NCBI GenBank assembly: GCA_951406725.2 | Contig: OX597830.1 | Coordinates: 66,526,001 to 66,590,000 of the forward strand | From: Octopus vulgaris | Taxonomy: Eukaryota | Reading direction: 5' to 3' | Length of the DNA stretch: 64,000 nucleotides | Part shown: in pieces, positions 26,170-38,370 of the stretch | Layout: every line of letters begins with the position of its first letter | How positions within the stretch are numbered: the stretch's first letter is position 1 | Translations under genes and position numbers: made by a program | Notes under the pieces: model-generated | Told to the model about the DNA's origin: nothing | Seen by the model: the letters and a program-made list of their open reading frames with translations, nothing else | Databases searched by the model: none

Positions 26170-27003
26170 CACTGGGTCTCAATCAGGGCCCATATGTGCT
26201 TTTGTTGTTAAAATATACGTGCAATAAATTGACTATATTTCTACAGCACACAAAATATCGTAACAATTCTTAAATACAGTTTTTAACCCCTTTGATACCG
26301 ACCCGGTTGAAACCGCCTCTGGCTCTGTAGTATAAATGTCTTGTTTTCATAAGTTCTGAATAAAAATCTTCCACCAACCTTAGTCACAATTTATGTCCCT
26401 AACACTAGCTTAATAATAACCAAGTTATTTTACTAAATTCTTTGTTATCATCATCATCATCATCATCGTTTAGCGTCCGTTTTCCATGCTAGCATGGGTT
26501 GGACAGTTCAACTGGGGTCTGTGAAGCTGGAAGGCTTCATCAGGCCCAGTCAGATCTGGCAGTGTTTCTACGGCTGGATGCCCTTCCTAACGCCAACCAC
26601 TCCGTGAGTGTAGTGGGTGCTTTTACGTGCCACCCGCACAGGTGCCAGACAGAGCTGGCAAACGGCCACGAACGGATGGTGCTTTTACGTGTCACCGGCA
26701 TGGGGGCCAGGCGAGGCTGGCAACAGCCACGAACGGATGGTGCTTTTACATGTCACCGGCACAGGGGCCAGGCGAGGCTGGCAACGGACACGAACGGATG
26801 GTGCTTTCACCAATTTTGTTATATTTAAAATTAATTGAAAGAAACACAGAGCATCTCAACAGAAATACAGTAACAAAAGGGTTAATAACATTTAATTCTA
26901 AAAATATGAAAGGATATTTTTAATCATCAAATGGCTCTGAGGGTGCACCAAAGAAAATCAGAATCAAAGGAGTCTATAGACAAAAAATGGTTGAAAACCA
27001 CTG
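26170..27003. mobile_element. old hAT (Charlie-like) MITE hosting nested insertions
   Basis: Ends CACTGGGTCTCAATCA / TGGTTGAAAACCACTG; imperfect 8-bp TSD CACTAGAG / CACTACAC; 3' part similar to 36250-36585. Confidence 0.6.
26287..26881. mobile_element. piggyBac-type MITE with nested RTE 3' copy (26448-26808)
   Basis: TTAA-CCCCTTTGATAC ... GTAACAAAAGGG-TTAA; the nested insert is flanked by TTTGTTAT. Confidence 0.8.
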
Positions 27004-27791
27004 CACTACACTTGTAAGGACCCTAGACAGAGTCTGGCTAATGGTTGGCTTTAAGGGGCTTGAAATATACCCTGGTGACCCTTCTAGTACTCTTTTGTGA
27101 CTTATCAGTCAGGAAAATTGATTTCATGATTAGTTCATTTTATTTTTGCTGCTTTCTGTATAAGCTTAACAGGGAAAGAAGTTGAGGATTATCACTTAAC
27201 ACTAAACACCTAATATGTTAAACCGACTGCAGTTTAAATAGGATTAGCAGCATTGAGAGATGATGGCTGGCTGCCATATACTGCTTTATTAAAAAAGGTT
27301 GTTTTCATATGATTTTGCTGAATGGTGACCTTTAGTGTATGGTCTCAGTAAAACTCTGACTTATGTCACACCTCTTGCATTAGTGAGTTAACACTCTTAG
27401 ATTCTGTTTTTTTTTCCGTAAAGATTTGCTATTATTATTTTTTAAAAAATGAAAAGCAAAAAAGAAAAAAACAATAAAAAAAATCAAACTTATAACGAAA
27501 TAACAAACTATTTTTATATATATTTATTTTCTATTTTACCTTTTATTTGTTGCAGTCATTGGACTGTGGTCTTGTTGGGGCACCGTCTTGAAGGCTTTTA
27601 GTCAAACAAATGGAGCTTAGCACTTATTTTTCTTTTAAGTCTGATTCCTATTTTATCGGTCTCTTTTGCCGAGCTGCTAAGTTACTAGATGTGGGGTTGG
27701 AGTTCAAACAACCCAAAACCAACTGTTAAGTAGTGGCTGGAAGTCAGATGGACATAAATACACATACACACACACACATGCACACATGCAT

Positions 27792-27836
<45 letters not shown>

Positions 27837-28676
27837 ACAGACTTCAAACACAGAGCTATATTAGAAGATGCTCACCCAAAGTGCCGCACTGTGGGATTGA
27901 ACACAAAACCACGTGGTTACGAAGCATGCTTCTAAACCACACAGACATATATTATTTCAGCTGATATTGCATTACCACCCAAATATTTTAATACTTCTAA
28001 TTTTATTTCTTTTGTTTTATAATTCTATTTATTTATTCTTTGGAAAGAGTTGAACTTAGTCACCAAGCTTATTTTATCGGCGTGGGAACTAAGTGGGTGG
28101 AATTTCAAGACATCATAGAATACAAACATCACTGTTAAGTCAGATACCATTATGCCATTTGCCTGTTCCTTGTTACAAAATAGGCGCTGCTTCCATCTCT
28201 GTGTTTGTGTATTACGTTTTAAGTATGGCACCTCCATATGAAGTAACTGTTCAAGCACTTACTATTTTGTCAAAATTTCCCCAAAAATGGATGTAAAACT
28301 TTTTTATATAAATTGTGTAAAATTTGTGTTGGCACAGGTGCAGCTGTGTGATTAAGAAGTTTGCTTCCAAATTACATGGTTCCAGGTTCAGTCCCACTGC
28401 GTGGTACCTTGGCCAAGTGTCTTCAACTATAGCCTCAGGATGACCAAAGCCTTGTGAGTGGATTTGTTTGACAGAAACTGAAAGAAGCCTCTTATGTGTG
28501 TGTGTGTGTGTGTATCTGTTTGTCTCCCCCCCACACACATATATATATACACACATGCACTTGAACACATATATGTATGTATATATATATACACACACAC
28601 ATACACATACTTGTATATATATAAATATATATATGTATGTATATGTGTGTATGTGTTTATATATGTATACATATAT

Positions 28677-28875
28677 ATTATAATTTAGGGTATCTAAGAG
28701 ATACCTCCACGCTGGAAATGGCAGCCAAAACTTGGCTCTAAAACCAAGACAAAAGGACAAGTTGTCCTTTTGTCTTCTCTCCTGGTGTTGTATGAACATT
28801 TTATTTAGTTTTAGAGTCAAGTTTTGGCTGCTATTTCCAGCATGGAGATATCTCTTAGATACCCTAAATTATAAT
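28677..28875. mobile_element. fold-back element (~68-bp arms) with an internal perfect 15-bp palindrome
   Basis: 28677-28744 versus 28808-28875 inverted; AAGACAAAAGGACAA-G-TTGTCCTTTTGTCTT at 28746-28776. Confidence 0.85.
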
Positions 28876-29090
28876 TTTAATAATAATGATTACCTTTGAA
28901 GGTTTTTATTCCTATTCTGGCCACTTGATAAGATCGATAATTAAATTAACGATCTTATCCTTATTTATTTATATATATATATATGTACACACATATAAAT
29001 ACATATGAATATGCGCTGAGCTTCTTTCAAGTACCATCTACCAAATCTCTTCACAAGGCTTTAGTCAGCCCAGGGCTACAAACAAAATCC

Positions 29091-29476
29091 GTGGAGGCGC
29101 AATGGCCCAGTGGTTAGGGCAGCGGACTCGCGGTCATAGGATCGCGGTTTCGATTCCCAGACCGGGCGTTGTGAATGTTTATTGAGCAAAAACACCTAAA
29201 GCTCCACGCGGCTCCGGCAGGGGATGGTGGTGATCCCTGCTGTACTCTTTCACCACAACTTTATCTCACTCTTACTTTCTGTTTCTGTTGTACCTGTATT
29301 TCAAAGGGCCAGCCTTGTCACTCTCTGTGTCACGCTGAATATCCCCGAGAACTACGTTAAGGGTACATGTGTCTGTGGAGTGCTCAGCCACTTACACATT
29401 AATTTCACGAGCAGGCTGTTCCGTTGATTCGGATCAACCGGAACCCTCGTTGTCGTAACCGACGGAGTGCTTCCAC
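29091..29476 (+). mobile_element. tRNA-derived SINE (head 2 + tail X) with TSD
   Basis: Head GTGGAGGCGCAATGGCCCAGTGGTTAGGGCAGCGGACTCGCGG; tail homologous to 7553-7730; TSD ACAAAATCC. Confidence 0.9.
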
Positions 29477-30727
29477 ATACAAAATCCCTTTGTAATATTC
29501 CAATATTCCTTGTGTCTTGAATAATGTCTTGTATTACCTGAATGTGTTTCAAAGATTATTTGAGATCAGGCAAATTTCATATTTAAAGTGTATTATTTCC
29601 TTATATAGAGAAACATATCAAGCAAATATTATGGATATTATTGTATAGTAATGCTCGTTTTGAAACCATTATTATATTGAATGTAAAGAGGCATGAAGTT
29701 GATCATACTGCTTGATTATATCTTTAGCCCCACTAAAAACACATTTGAAATCATCGTGGTTATTATTCTACACAGAAAAATCCATTTGATGTTTCATAAT
29801 TGAAAAATTTATGATATATTTCTGTGTATGGGTTCATGTATATGTGTAAATGTGTGTGTGTGCATGTGCGGATGTGTGCATGAATATATATGTGTGTGTG
29901 TGTGTGTGTAGAATGTAGGCATGAATAGAATTTGAATTTGCATGAGTATTTATATCACGTGGACAAATGATAAATTAAGCACTAAGACATTTAATATTGT
30001 TTGTTCATTACATGGTTAAAATTTCGTTATATGTGCATGCATGTATAGATATATAAGTATGTGTGCATATATATATGTTTATATATATTTATATATATTG
30101 GTATCTCTCTCTCTCTCTTCCCTTCTTTCCTGAGCGTCCAATAATACTTTATTTGTTCCACATCCTTGCGTTGTTGTCTTTTTGTTTTCTTGTTTGGATT
30201 AACTTTATATATATATATATACACATATATATAAGAATATTACATGAAGATTTAATGTGTGTAGCATAGCATTTAATATACATATATATACATATATATA
30301 TATTTATAAATATATTTGAAGCATTATGCTTCACAGAATATACACTTATGCATTAATCTCTTTGTAATATTCCTAGTATCCCCCAATAATGGCTTATATT
30401 GCAATTATGAGAATCAAAGATTTCTTTATGTATGGATATGTGTGATGTGAGTGAATATGTATACATGTGTGCGCAAATATACTTGCATGCATGTGTGTAT
30501 GTATGTATATATGTGTAGCATAATATATATATATAGAGAGAGAGCGCAATATATATATGTGTGTGTATGTATATATATATATATATGTATGTATATATAT
30601 ATGTGTGTGTGTGTATGTATATATATATGTATATATATACATATGTAGGTCCCGGGTTGAGTCGGGGTTAACCACAGTAAATAAGGTACTCAATACGTAG
30701 CAGAGTAAAGTAATTTCTATAAAATAA

Positions 30728-30760
<33 letters not shown>

Positions 30761-30762
30761 GC

Positions 30763-30798
<36 letters not shown>

Positions 30799-31610
30799 CG
30801 TGTGTACACAGAATGGCTAAAATCTAGATCTTATTTATTAAATTCAGCACTTCTAAAAGATGGCCTCATACCGAATTCAACTTAAGAAGATATATTGGAA
30901 AAAAATATATTGGATTTTCAAAAAGTTCATCAATCAAAATACCTGATTGTAATCTTTCAAGTTACCATTCTCTCCACCTGATCTAAATGAACTAAGGACC
31001 ATAACAAATTTTTATCAAATACTCCTGTCAAATATTTCTGTATATATCTGTCAATATGTCAATTTTCCCTTCTTACTTTTTCAGTTCTTAATAAATATCA
31101 TTTAAGTAGTCTTACTCTTAGTTTGTACTGATGAGACACAATCACATTGAAACTGTTCTTTTCACAAATGATGAACAGAATAGATATTGTAATTGATATG
31201 AAACTAAATTAACCCTTTAGCCTTCAGATTATTCTATGAAATGCAATGCTCACTTATTCACAATGTTTTGAATTAATTATGCATTGTCTTGTGGCATCAA
31301 GATTTCGATAAAGTGATTTTCTTTTATTCTTTACAATGGCTTTATAGGAGGTGTGAGGTGTTGAATCTTGCCAGTTTGAACATAAAGGAGACAGAATATT
31401 TTGGCCAGAATATTTTGGACCCTCTCAACACCCACCATTGAGAACCTATGATGTAAACAAACAAATATCTTATTATATATGTATAGTTTATTTCCGGATT
31501 GAATGAAGAATATCTGTCCTGCAAATGTGGCACTGAGCACTCATTCTTACTGTTTAATACTATCATATACATAAATACATATATATATATATCTATGTAT
31601 ATACACATAT

Positions 31611-31918
31611 GGGCGCAATGGCCCGGTGGTTAGGGCAGCGGACTCGCAGTCGTAGGATCGCGGTTTCGATTCCCAGGCCGGGCGTTGTGAATGTTTATTG
31701 AGCGAAAACACCTAAAGCTCCACGAGGCTCCAGCAAGGGGTGGTGGCGACCCCTGTTGTACTCTTTCACCACAACTTTCTCTCACTCTTTCTTCTGTTGG
31801 CCTGCTTACTTAGCCAGTGGGGTGGCGTCATTTGAAGGCTAAAACAATGCGAAGCGCATTGTGATCAGCGATGTGTAGCAACATCTGATAGCCTGGTCGG
31901 TCACGGTGATCACAGTGA
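31611..31918 (+). mobile_element. tRNA-derived SINE (head 2 + tail Z)
   Basis: Same head as 29091 but a different 3' half ending GGTCGGTCACGGTGATCACAGTGA; flanked by ATACACATAT. Confidence 0.85.
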
Positions 31919-31934
31919 TATACACATATACTAA

Positions 31935-32166
31935 GGCGGTGAGCTGGTAGAAACATTAGCACGTCAGGCGAAATGCGTAGCCGTATTTTGTCTGCCGCTA
32001 CGTTCTGAGTTCAAATTCTGCCGAGGTCGACTTTGCCTTTCATCCTTTTGGGGTCGATAAATTAAGTACCAGTTATGCACTGGGGTCACTGTAATCGACT
32101 TAATCCATTTGTCTGTCCTTGTTTGTCCCCTCTTTGTTTAGCCCCTTGTGGGTAGTAAAGAAATAG
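31935..32166 (+). mobile_element. SINE family A, full length
   Basis: GGCGGTGAGCTGG..GAGTTCAAATTC..TAAAGAAATAG; flanked by GATATACACATATAC. Confidence 0.9.
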
Positions 32167-32189
32167 ATATACACATATACATACATATA

Positions 32190-32562
32190 TCAGCCATACA
32201 TACATATATGTACACCACAAACAATTACATGTAGATATTCATACATACATACGTACATGCATACATACACACATACATACATGCATACATACATACATAC
32301 ATACATACATACATACATACATACATACATACATACATACATACATACATACATACATACATACACACATACATACATACATAAATACATACACACATAC
32401 ATACATACATACACACATACACACATACATACATACATACATACATACATAAATATATACACACACACATACACACATACATACATAGACATACATACAT
32501 ACATACATACATACATACACACATACATACATACATAGAAATACACACATACATACATACAT
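32190..32562. repeat. (CATA)n microsatellite
   Basis: Directly visible. Confidence 0.95.
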
Positions 32563-33053
32563 TATTCCTTATCCATTAATAATTATATTAAATTTTTTTT
32601 TTTTTGTTTTAAGTCTGTAGCCTAATAAGGCATAAAGAGCTTAAAAATCTATAATGTAAGTTAATATTAAAGGATTTACCAGGTAAGTACTGAAGACAAC
32701 ATAGAAATAAATACATCACTCTCAGGTGTTGTTATTTACACTTGCTCTCACGCAGCTCTCTCTCGCCGAAAACTTTGCCCCTGTCACTTAACCTGTGTGA
32801 AATACACTGTCTGAATCAGGTAAGTGACGAGAAACTGAAATCATGCTTCATTTTGTTTAGTTGTGTGTGTGTGTGTATGTGTGTATATATATGTATGTAT
32901 ATATATATATATGTATGTATTATGTATGTATGCATTATAGAAGTTAATTGTTTTGGCTTGTCAGAGAGGGACCTAGCACCTATGAAGTGCTTAGTATCGG
33001 CAGCTCTAATGTTTTAGAGTGTGCGTCTTTTTTAGATATATGAACTGCTGGCA

Positions 33054-33117
<64 letters not shown>

Positions 33118-33135
33118 CTCGTGAGCTATATAAAA

Positions 33136-33171
<36 letters not shown>

Positions 33172-33696
33172 TATCTATGTGTTATATGCAATAGATGTCA
33201 TTTATCTATCATGCTAAATGTAAATGCAGCATGATAGGCAAGGTTACTGCAGGAAACACAATAACACAATACATATACGCACATACATATATATACATAT
33301 ATACATATATACGATGGGCTTCTTTTCAGTTTCCGTCTACCAAATCCACTCACAAGGCTTTGGTCGGCTTGAGGCTATAGTAGAAGACACTTGCCCAAAG
33401 TGCCACGCAGTGGGACTGAACCCGGAACCATGTGATTCGTAAGCAAGCTATTTACCACACAGCCACTCCTACACCTGTTATATATATAAAGGGCATTACT
33501 AAACATAAATGCCTCGTGCTATGAGGGACTCTCAAAGTCAAAAGTAATGCCCTTAATATAAATATATTTAAAGGGAATAATTATGAATTTTTTGAGGTTT
33601 TTCATGCTGACTACTTTATAAATTCTTATAAAGATTTTATCCTATTTTTAAATATATATATATATTTGTGTGTGTGTGTGTGTATGTATATATTTA

Positions 33697-33737
<41 letters not shown>

Positions 33738-34521
33738 AACAGAACAAATTATGAGTGATTGTCAATGCGGCCACAATACTTCATAAGCTCAATTTGCCTC
33801 AATTGATTAATAGACCAATTGAATAACCCTGTCAGTAATGCACCTATAATGACTACTGGAAACAGCTGTAAGCCAAATTTGCTCCAATAAAGGAATAATA
33901 TGGAATGACCATTATTTTTAACTTGTCTCTCGCATATATATATCTATTTCAAATTTGAGAAGGTAAACATTAAATATTGTGGGAACATCTTGTTCTCCTC
34001 TTGACACATACTCTGGTTTTGACAACAAAAATAAGTCTTGTTGTTAATACCACAATGCCATAGTATTTTGGTTAAAAGTATGTAGTTCTCTCTACCTGAC
34101 ATTATCTCTAGTTGTTTACCTGCCACTTTACAGGGTTTACTGGTTCATGTTGTTGTAGCTCTAGAACTAGAGTGGTCACCTTGTTCTTGGCAAGACTAAA
34201 GGTTTTTCTCTAGCTTGTATTGTCTCTCTTCATTTATTAATCACTTTGCAGATCTATACTGGGTCCAATTTATTGTGGCATCAGCACTAGTGTTGGTGCA
34301 AGGGTGAAAGAGTGTCTGTGTGATAAGTAGCTTGCTTACCAACCACATGGCTCCGGGTTCAGTCCCACTGCATGGCACCTTGAGCAAGTGTCTTCTACTA
34401 TAGCCTCAGGCTAACCAAAGCCTTGTGAGTGGATTTGGAAGAAGTCTGTCATATATATATATATGTATATGTTTGTGTGTCTGCTTATGAGGCTGTCTAC
34501 TCATAAGCCTTCTGTGATTCT

Positions 34522-34523
<2 letters not shown>

Positions 34524-34577
<54 letters not shown>

Positions 34578-35020
34578 AATCATCGTTTAACATCTGCTTT
34601 CCATGCTAGCATGGGTTGGACGATTTGACTGAGGTCTGGCGAACCAGATGGCTGCACCAGACTCCAATCTGATCTGGCTGAGTTTCTACAGCTGGATGCC
34701 CTTCCTAACGCCAACCACTCCGAGAGTGTAGTGGATGCTTTTACATGCCACCGGCACGAGGGCCAGTCAGGCAGTTCTGGCTATGGCCACGCTCAAATGG
34801 TGCTTTTTACGTGCCACCTGCACAGGAGCCAGTCCGGTGGCACTGGCAACGACCTCACTCGAATGTGTTTCACATGCCACCGGCACGAGTGCCAGTAAGG
34901 TGATGCTGGTAACAATAATGCTTGAATGTTGTTTTTTATGTGTCACCAGCACAGAGGCCAGCTTGTTGCTCTGGCAACGATCACGGTGTATGGTACTCTT
35001 AGTGCTCCACTAGCACGGCA
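34524..35020 (-). mobile_element. RTE LINE 3'-end copy
   Basis: (CAT)n end plus 3' UTR homologous to 45059-45450; other copies at 37788-37988, 38507-38762 and 44760-45035. Confidence 0.85.
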
Positions 35021-35027
35021 TCATGCT

Positions 35028-35230
35028 TTGACTCTTTAGCATTTGGATTTCTTTCTCAGATATAATGTTTATTAATTCATAATGTTTCACCTTAATCATG
35101 CATTATTTTGTAGCTTCAAGATTTAAAACGACATTGTAGGATAGATGTAGGAAGTTGGATTTAGTCAGTTTTAACATAAAACAAATAATATTTTAGTCAG
35201 ATATGGCTGGTTTAAATGCTAAAGGGTCAA
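35028..35230. mobile_element. piggyBac-type MITE, diverged (related truncated copy at ~31209-31420)
   Basis: TTGACTCTTTAGCATT ... AATGCTAAAGGGTCAA inverted ends; the 31209 copy starts TTAACCCTTTAGC. Confidence 0.6.
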
Positions 35231-35329
35231 ATAGTTTATAAAATCCTTGATCTCTCCCCGTCCATCAGTTTAGCCACCTCTGACATAAGAATTATGGGAA
35301 GAGCTGTCTTAATACACAGCTATTTATAT

Positions 35330-36203
35330 AACTTCACCACAAGGTCCAGTTCTTGTTGAGATGTGGTGTCTTGTTGTCTCAATGATCCTGAGAGCTTTGC
35401 CTGCAGAATGCCAGCTTCTGGTATGGCCTCCCATGCTGGACAGGTCAAAGGATAGAAGCCAATGTAATATGGACCACCTCCTCCAAGAGGTAAAAATGAG
35501 TTTACATAGGGTCAATGTTTTCTTTGCAGGATCTCCTGCATAACAGGAAATGGAAAAAAAAGACAATGAAGAGCTTCCAGTTTACATACTTAAGGAGAAC
35601 GGACGTTAAACGATGATGATGATGATGATGATGATGAAGGAAAATACTTGACGTCAACTGGCTGCAATGAATCTGAAATGACACAATTGAAACAATAACG
35701 GGAATTGTTAGGATCAGAGATAGAATACGACACCAATGCTAGAACTGGATCAGTTGTGTCTTTAGACAACATAGAGAGAGCAATTGAATGGTGGCGCCAA
35801 AATGATGACTTGAGCGCGGAAAGAACAGTAGGGCACCCCAAAACCACTTGGCAAAGAACCATTGACAAGGAAAGGAGACAGGAAGTATGGAGAAATTGGA
35901 ATGAGACCAGAACAGTGGTAAAAAAACAGAGCTGGTCAGAGAGATCATAAAAATAATAATAATGAAATTATTGTATCATGTAGCGGTTTTATGTCCTTCA
36001 TGGTATGGAGAGAACCAACGAACTAATGGGCCTGGCATTCACCTCTACCTAGAAAAAAAGTAAAGTTACAGGAGTATCAATGACGTTTCAAAATCAAGAC
36101 CTGGTGGAGTAGAAGCAGAAAAGACAATCCAGAGATAGGAAGATTGTAGAAAGGCCATTGATGGCCTATGTTTCATAGGGTGCAAAGGGCTTAAATAAGT
36201 AAT
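35330..36203 (+). mobile_element. decayed RTE-derived non-autonomous element(s)
   Basis: RTE-like 5' UTR (TCAATGATCCTGAGAGC..CCCATGCTGGACAGGTC); remnant GHPKTTWQRTIDKE resembling GRPKTTWRRTV; 3' end GGCCTATGTTTCATAGGG..TAAATAAGTAA. Confidence 0.5.
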
Positions 36204-36249
36204 ATACACAGCTACAGCATAATCATAGATTAGCTTTGAGCCCCTAGAC

Positions 36250-36585
36250 CAGTGGTTCTCAGCTGAGGGTCCATATAAGATTTTTGGGGTCCACATAACA
36301 AAATAGTAAATTGGGAATCCGTAATAGTATTTTAAGGGCCCCTGAAAAAATTCTGCTTTAGATGTATGTATTGGTGTGTAATGCAAGGAGCAGCTAGGTT
36401 TCTTTCTCTAACATTTTACATAGTTCAACTTAAACAAGTTAATGTGTGAAAAACAAAACAGGAATCTTGAAAGATGTTTCTATAAGACTAGTTTTTAAAC
36501 ATCAAATGGCTCTAGGAATCTACCAGAATAAAATGATAATCAAAGAAGTCCTTATAATTAAAAAAAAAGTGGTTAAGAACCCCTG
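36250..36585. mobile_element. hAT (Charlie-like) MITE
   Basis: TIR CAGTGGTTCTCA / TAAGAACCCCTG; 8-bp TSD CCCTAGAC / CCCTAGAT. Confidence 0.8.
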
Positions 36586-37462
36586 CCCTAGATCAATGGG
36601 GTCTCCAGGCAACTCATCAATGTTTCCATGTTTATGGGGGTTCCTGCATCTCTCTGTGAGCTTTCTCCTACGTTTAACACGAAAGCAAAAAAAAAAAAAG
36701 AAAAAGAATGGAAATAAAAAAATGATGCTTATGAGTTACCATAATAAAAAAATATAAATGAGGGCAAAGAGAAAAGAAATAAATTATTTCTTCTTCTTCT
36801 TCTTCTTCTTCTTCTTCTTCTTCTTCTTCTTCCTCTATCTTCTTCTTCGTCAGATATCAAGCTTTGGTTCTCATATACACATATACACGTCCACCCACAT
36901 ATAAATAACTCTCTCTCTCTCTCTCTCTCTCTCTCAACATAATATGTGACATATAAACAAACTAATTTCATTGCAGAAACACTTTTCATTATAGAAGTAG
37001 TTCAAGTGTTCTTGATGAGAAATATGAGGTTTCAAATATCGGTTTCCTAATTCCTTGTGTTTATATGTTTTGATTACTTCAAATATTATACTTTGATAAA
37101 TTATTGAATATTATTTTCTATGAATGGGAAATGTTTTTCTCATATGTTTATGTAAAGCTTTTTTTCTGTTTTTCTTTTTTTAAATCATTACTAAAATTAC
37201 AAATGAAATGAAATAAAATATTACGATTCATTTTCTCTTTCTTTTCAAATACAAGTTAATTAACAGTTTTTGATCTGTCTGAAGAGTTTTAGTTAAAGAT
37301 CTTTGCAGAAATAAACAGCAGATTGCATAAAATATGGTTGTTGTTGTTATTGTTGTTGTTGTTGTTTGCTTTTCAGTTTTCAAAGTATGTGTGTCTTACC
37401 ATTTGCTGGAGTCTATATGTATTTGCTAGCTTTGTCTGTGGCCTTGGGAATTAGGTGCTAAC

Positions 37463-37505
<43 letters not shown>

Positions 37506-37746
37506 TTAATACTGGCATGTCTGCCTGGTTGAAAGCTCTGCTTTAAAACAACATAGTTTGGGGTTTTGTATCATTATATGGGACCTTGAGTTTGTGTCTT
37601 TTGCTGTGGCTGGCCTCTTGTTGACTAATAACTACCTTGTGAGTGGAATTTGGTATGTGAAATCTGTGTGGAACCCATAATATGTATGTGTGTAAATATA
37701 TATCATCATCATCATCATCATATATATATATATATATATATATGCT

Positions 37747-37791
<45 letters not shown>

Positions 37792-37982
37792 ATGTTTCCA
37801 TGGCTGGATGCCCTTCCTAACGCCAACCACTCCATGAGTATAGTGGGTGCTTTTTACGTGCCACCAGCACAGGTGCCAGACGAGGCTGGCAAACGGCCAC
37901 GATCGGATTTTGCTTTTTACGTGCCACCGGCACGGAGGCCAGGCGAGGCTGGCAAACGACCACGATCGGATGGTGCTTTTTA

Positions 37983-38021
<39 letters not shown>

Positions 38022-38195
38022 CAGAGGGTGACAAGTTCCAAAAGCTATGTCTGGTCACTTGGACTGAAGGATACAAAGATAAGTCTGAAAGTGAATAAAA
38101 GTATTTGATCCATAATTGTTATTCTGGCAGTGGACCAATGATTATATGTAGTTTATTTGTGTGTGTGTGTGTACACATATATATCTATATCTATA

Positions 38196-38241
<46 letters not shown>

Positions 38242-38296
38242 AAATTAATATTATCAAAAGGTAATCGGAAATATTAGAAATTTCCATTACCAAGTG

Positions 38297-38370
38297 TTCC
38301 TGCTGAAGAAGGCTTTGTCTAGCAAATTATTTTATTTGCTAAAAAAAGTCTGAAACCATTGCTCCAGGAG
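38297..38370 (+). ncRNA. type-I hammerhead motif with long stem II
   Basis: TTCCTG-CTGAAGA-AGGCTTT..TAGCAAAT/ATTTGCTA..AAAGTCT-GAAA-CCATTGC-TC-CAGGAG; one mismatch in stem III. Confidence 0.6.

Noticed and set aside
29091-29170. tRNA genes (also at 7800-7878, 31611, 39279 and 43478)
   Set aside because: They have A and B boxes but no proper acceptor stem and continue into SINE bodies with TSDs, so they are SINE heads
31122-31170. CTGATGA..GAAAC hammerhead-like spacing
   Set aside because: Stems II and III do not pair convincingly; kept only as a possible decayed copy
33825-33875. 3' half of a hammerhead (stem plus GAAACAGCTGTA)
   Set aside because: No recognisable CTGANGA 5' core
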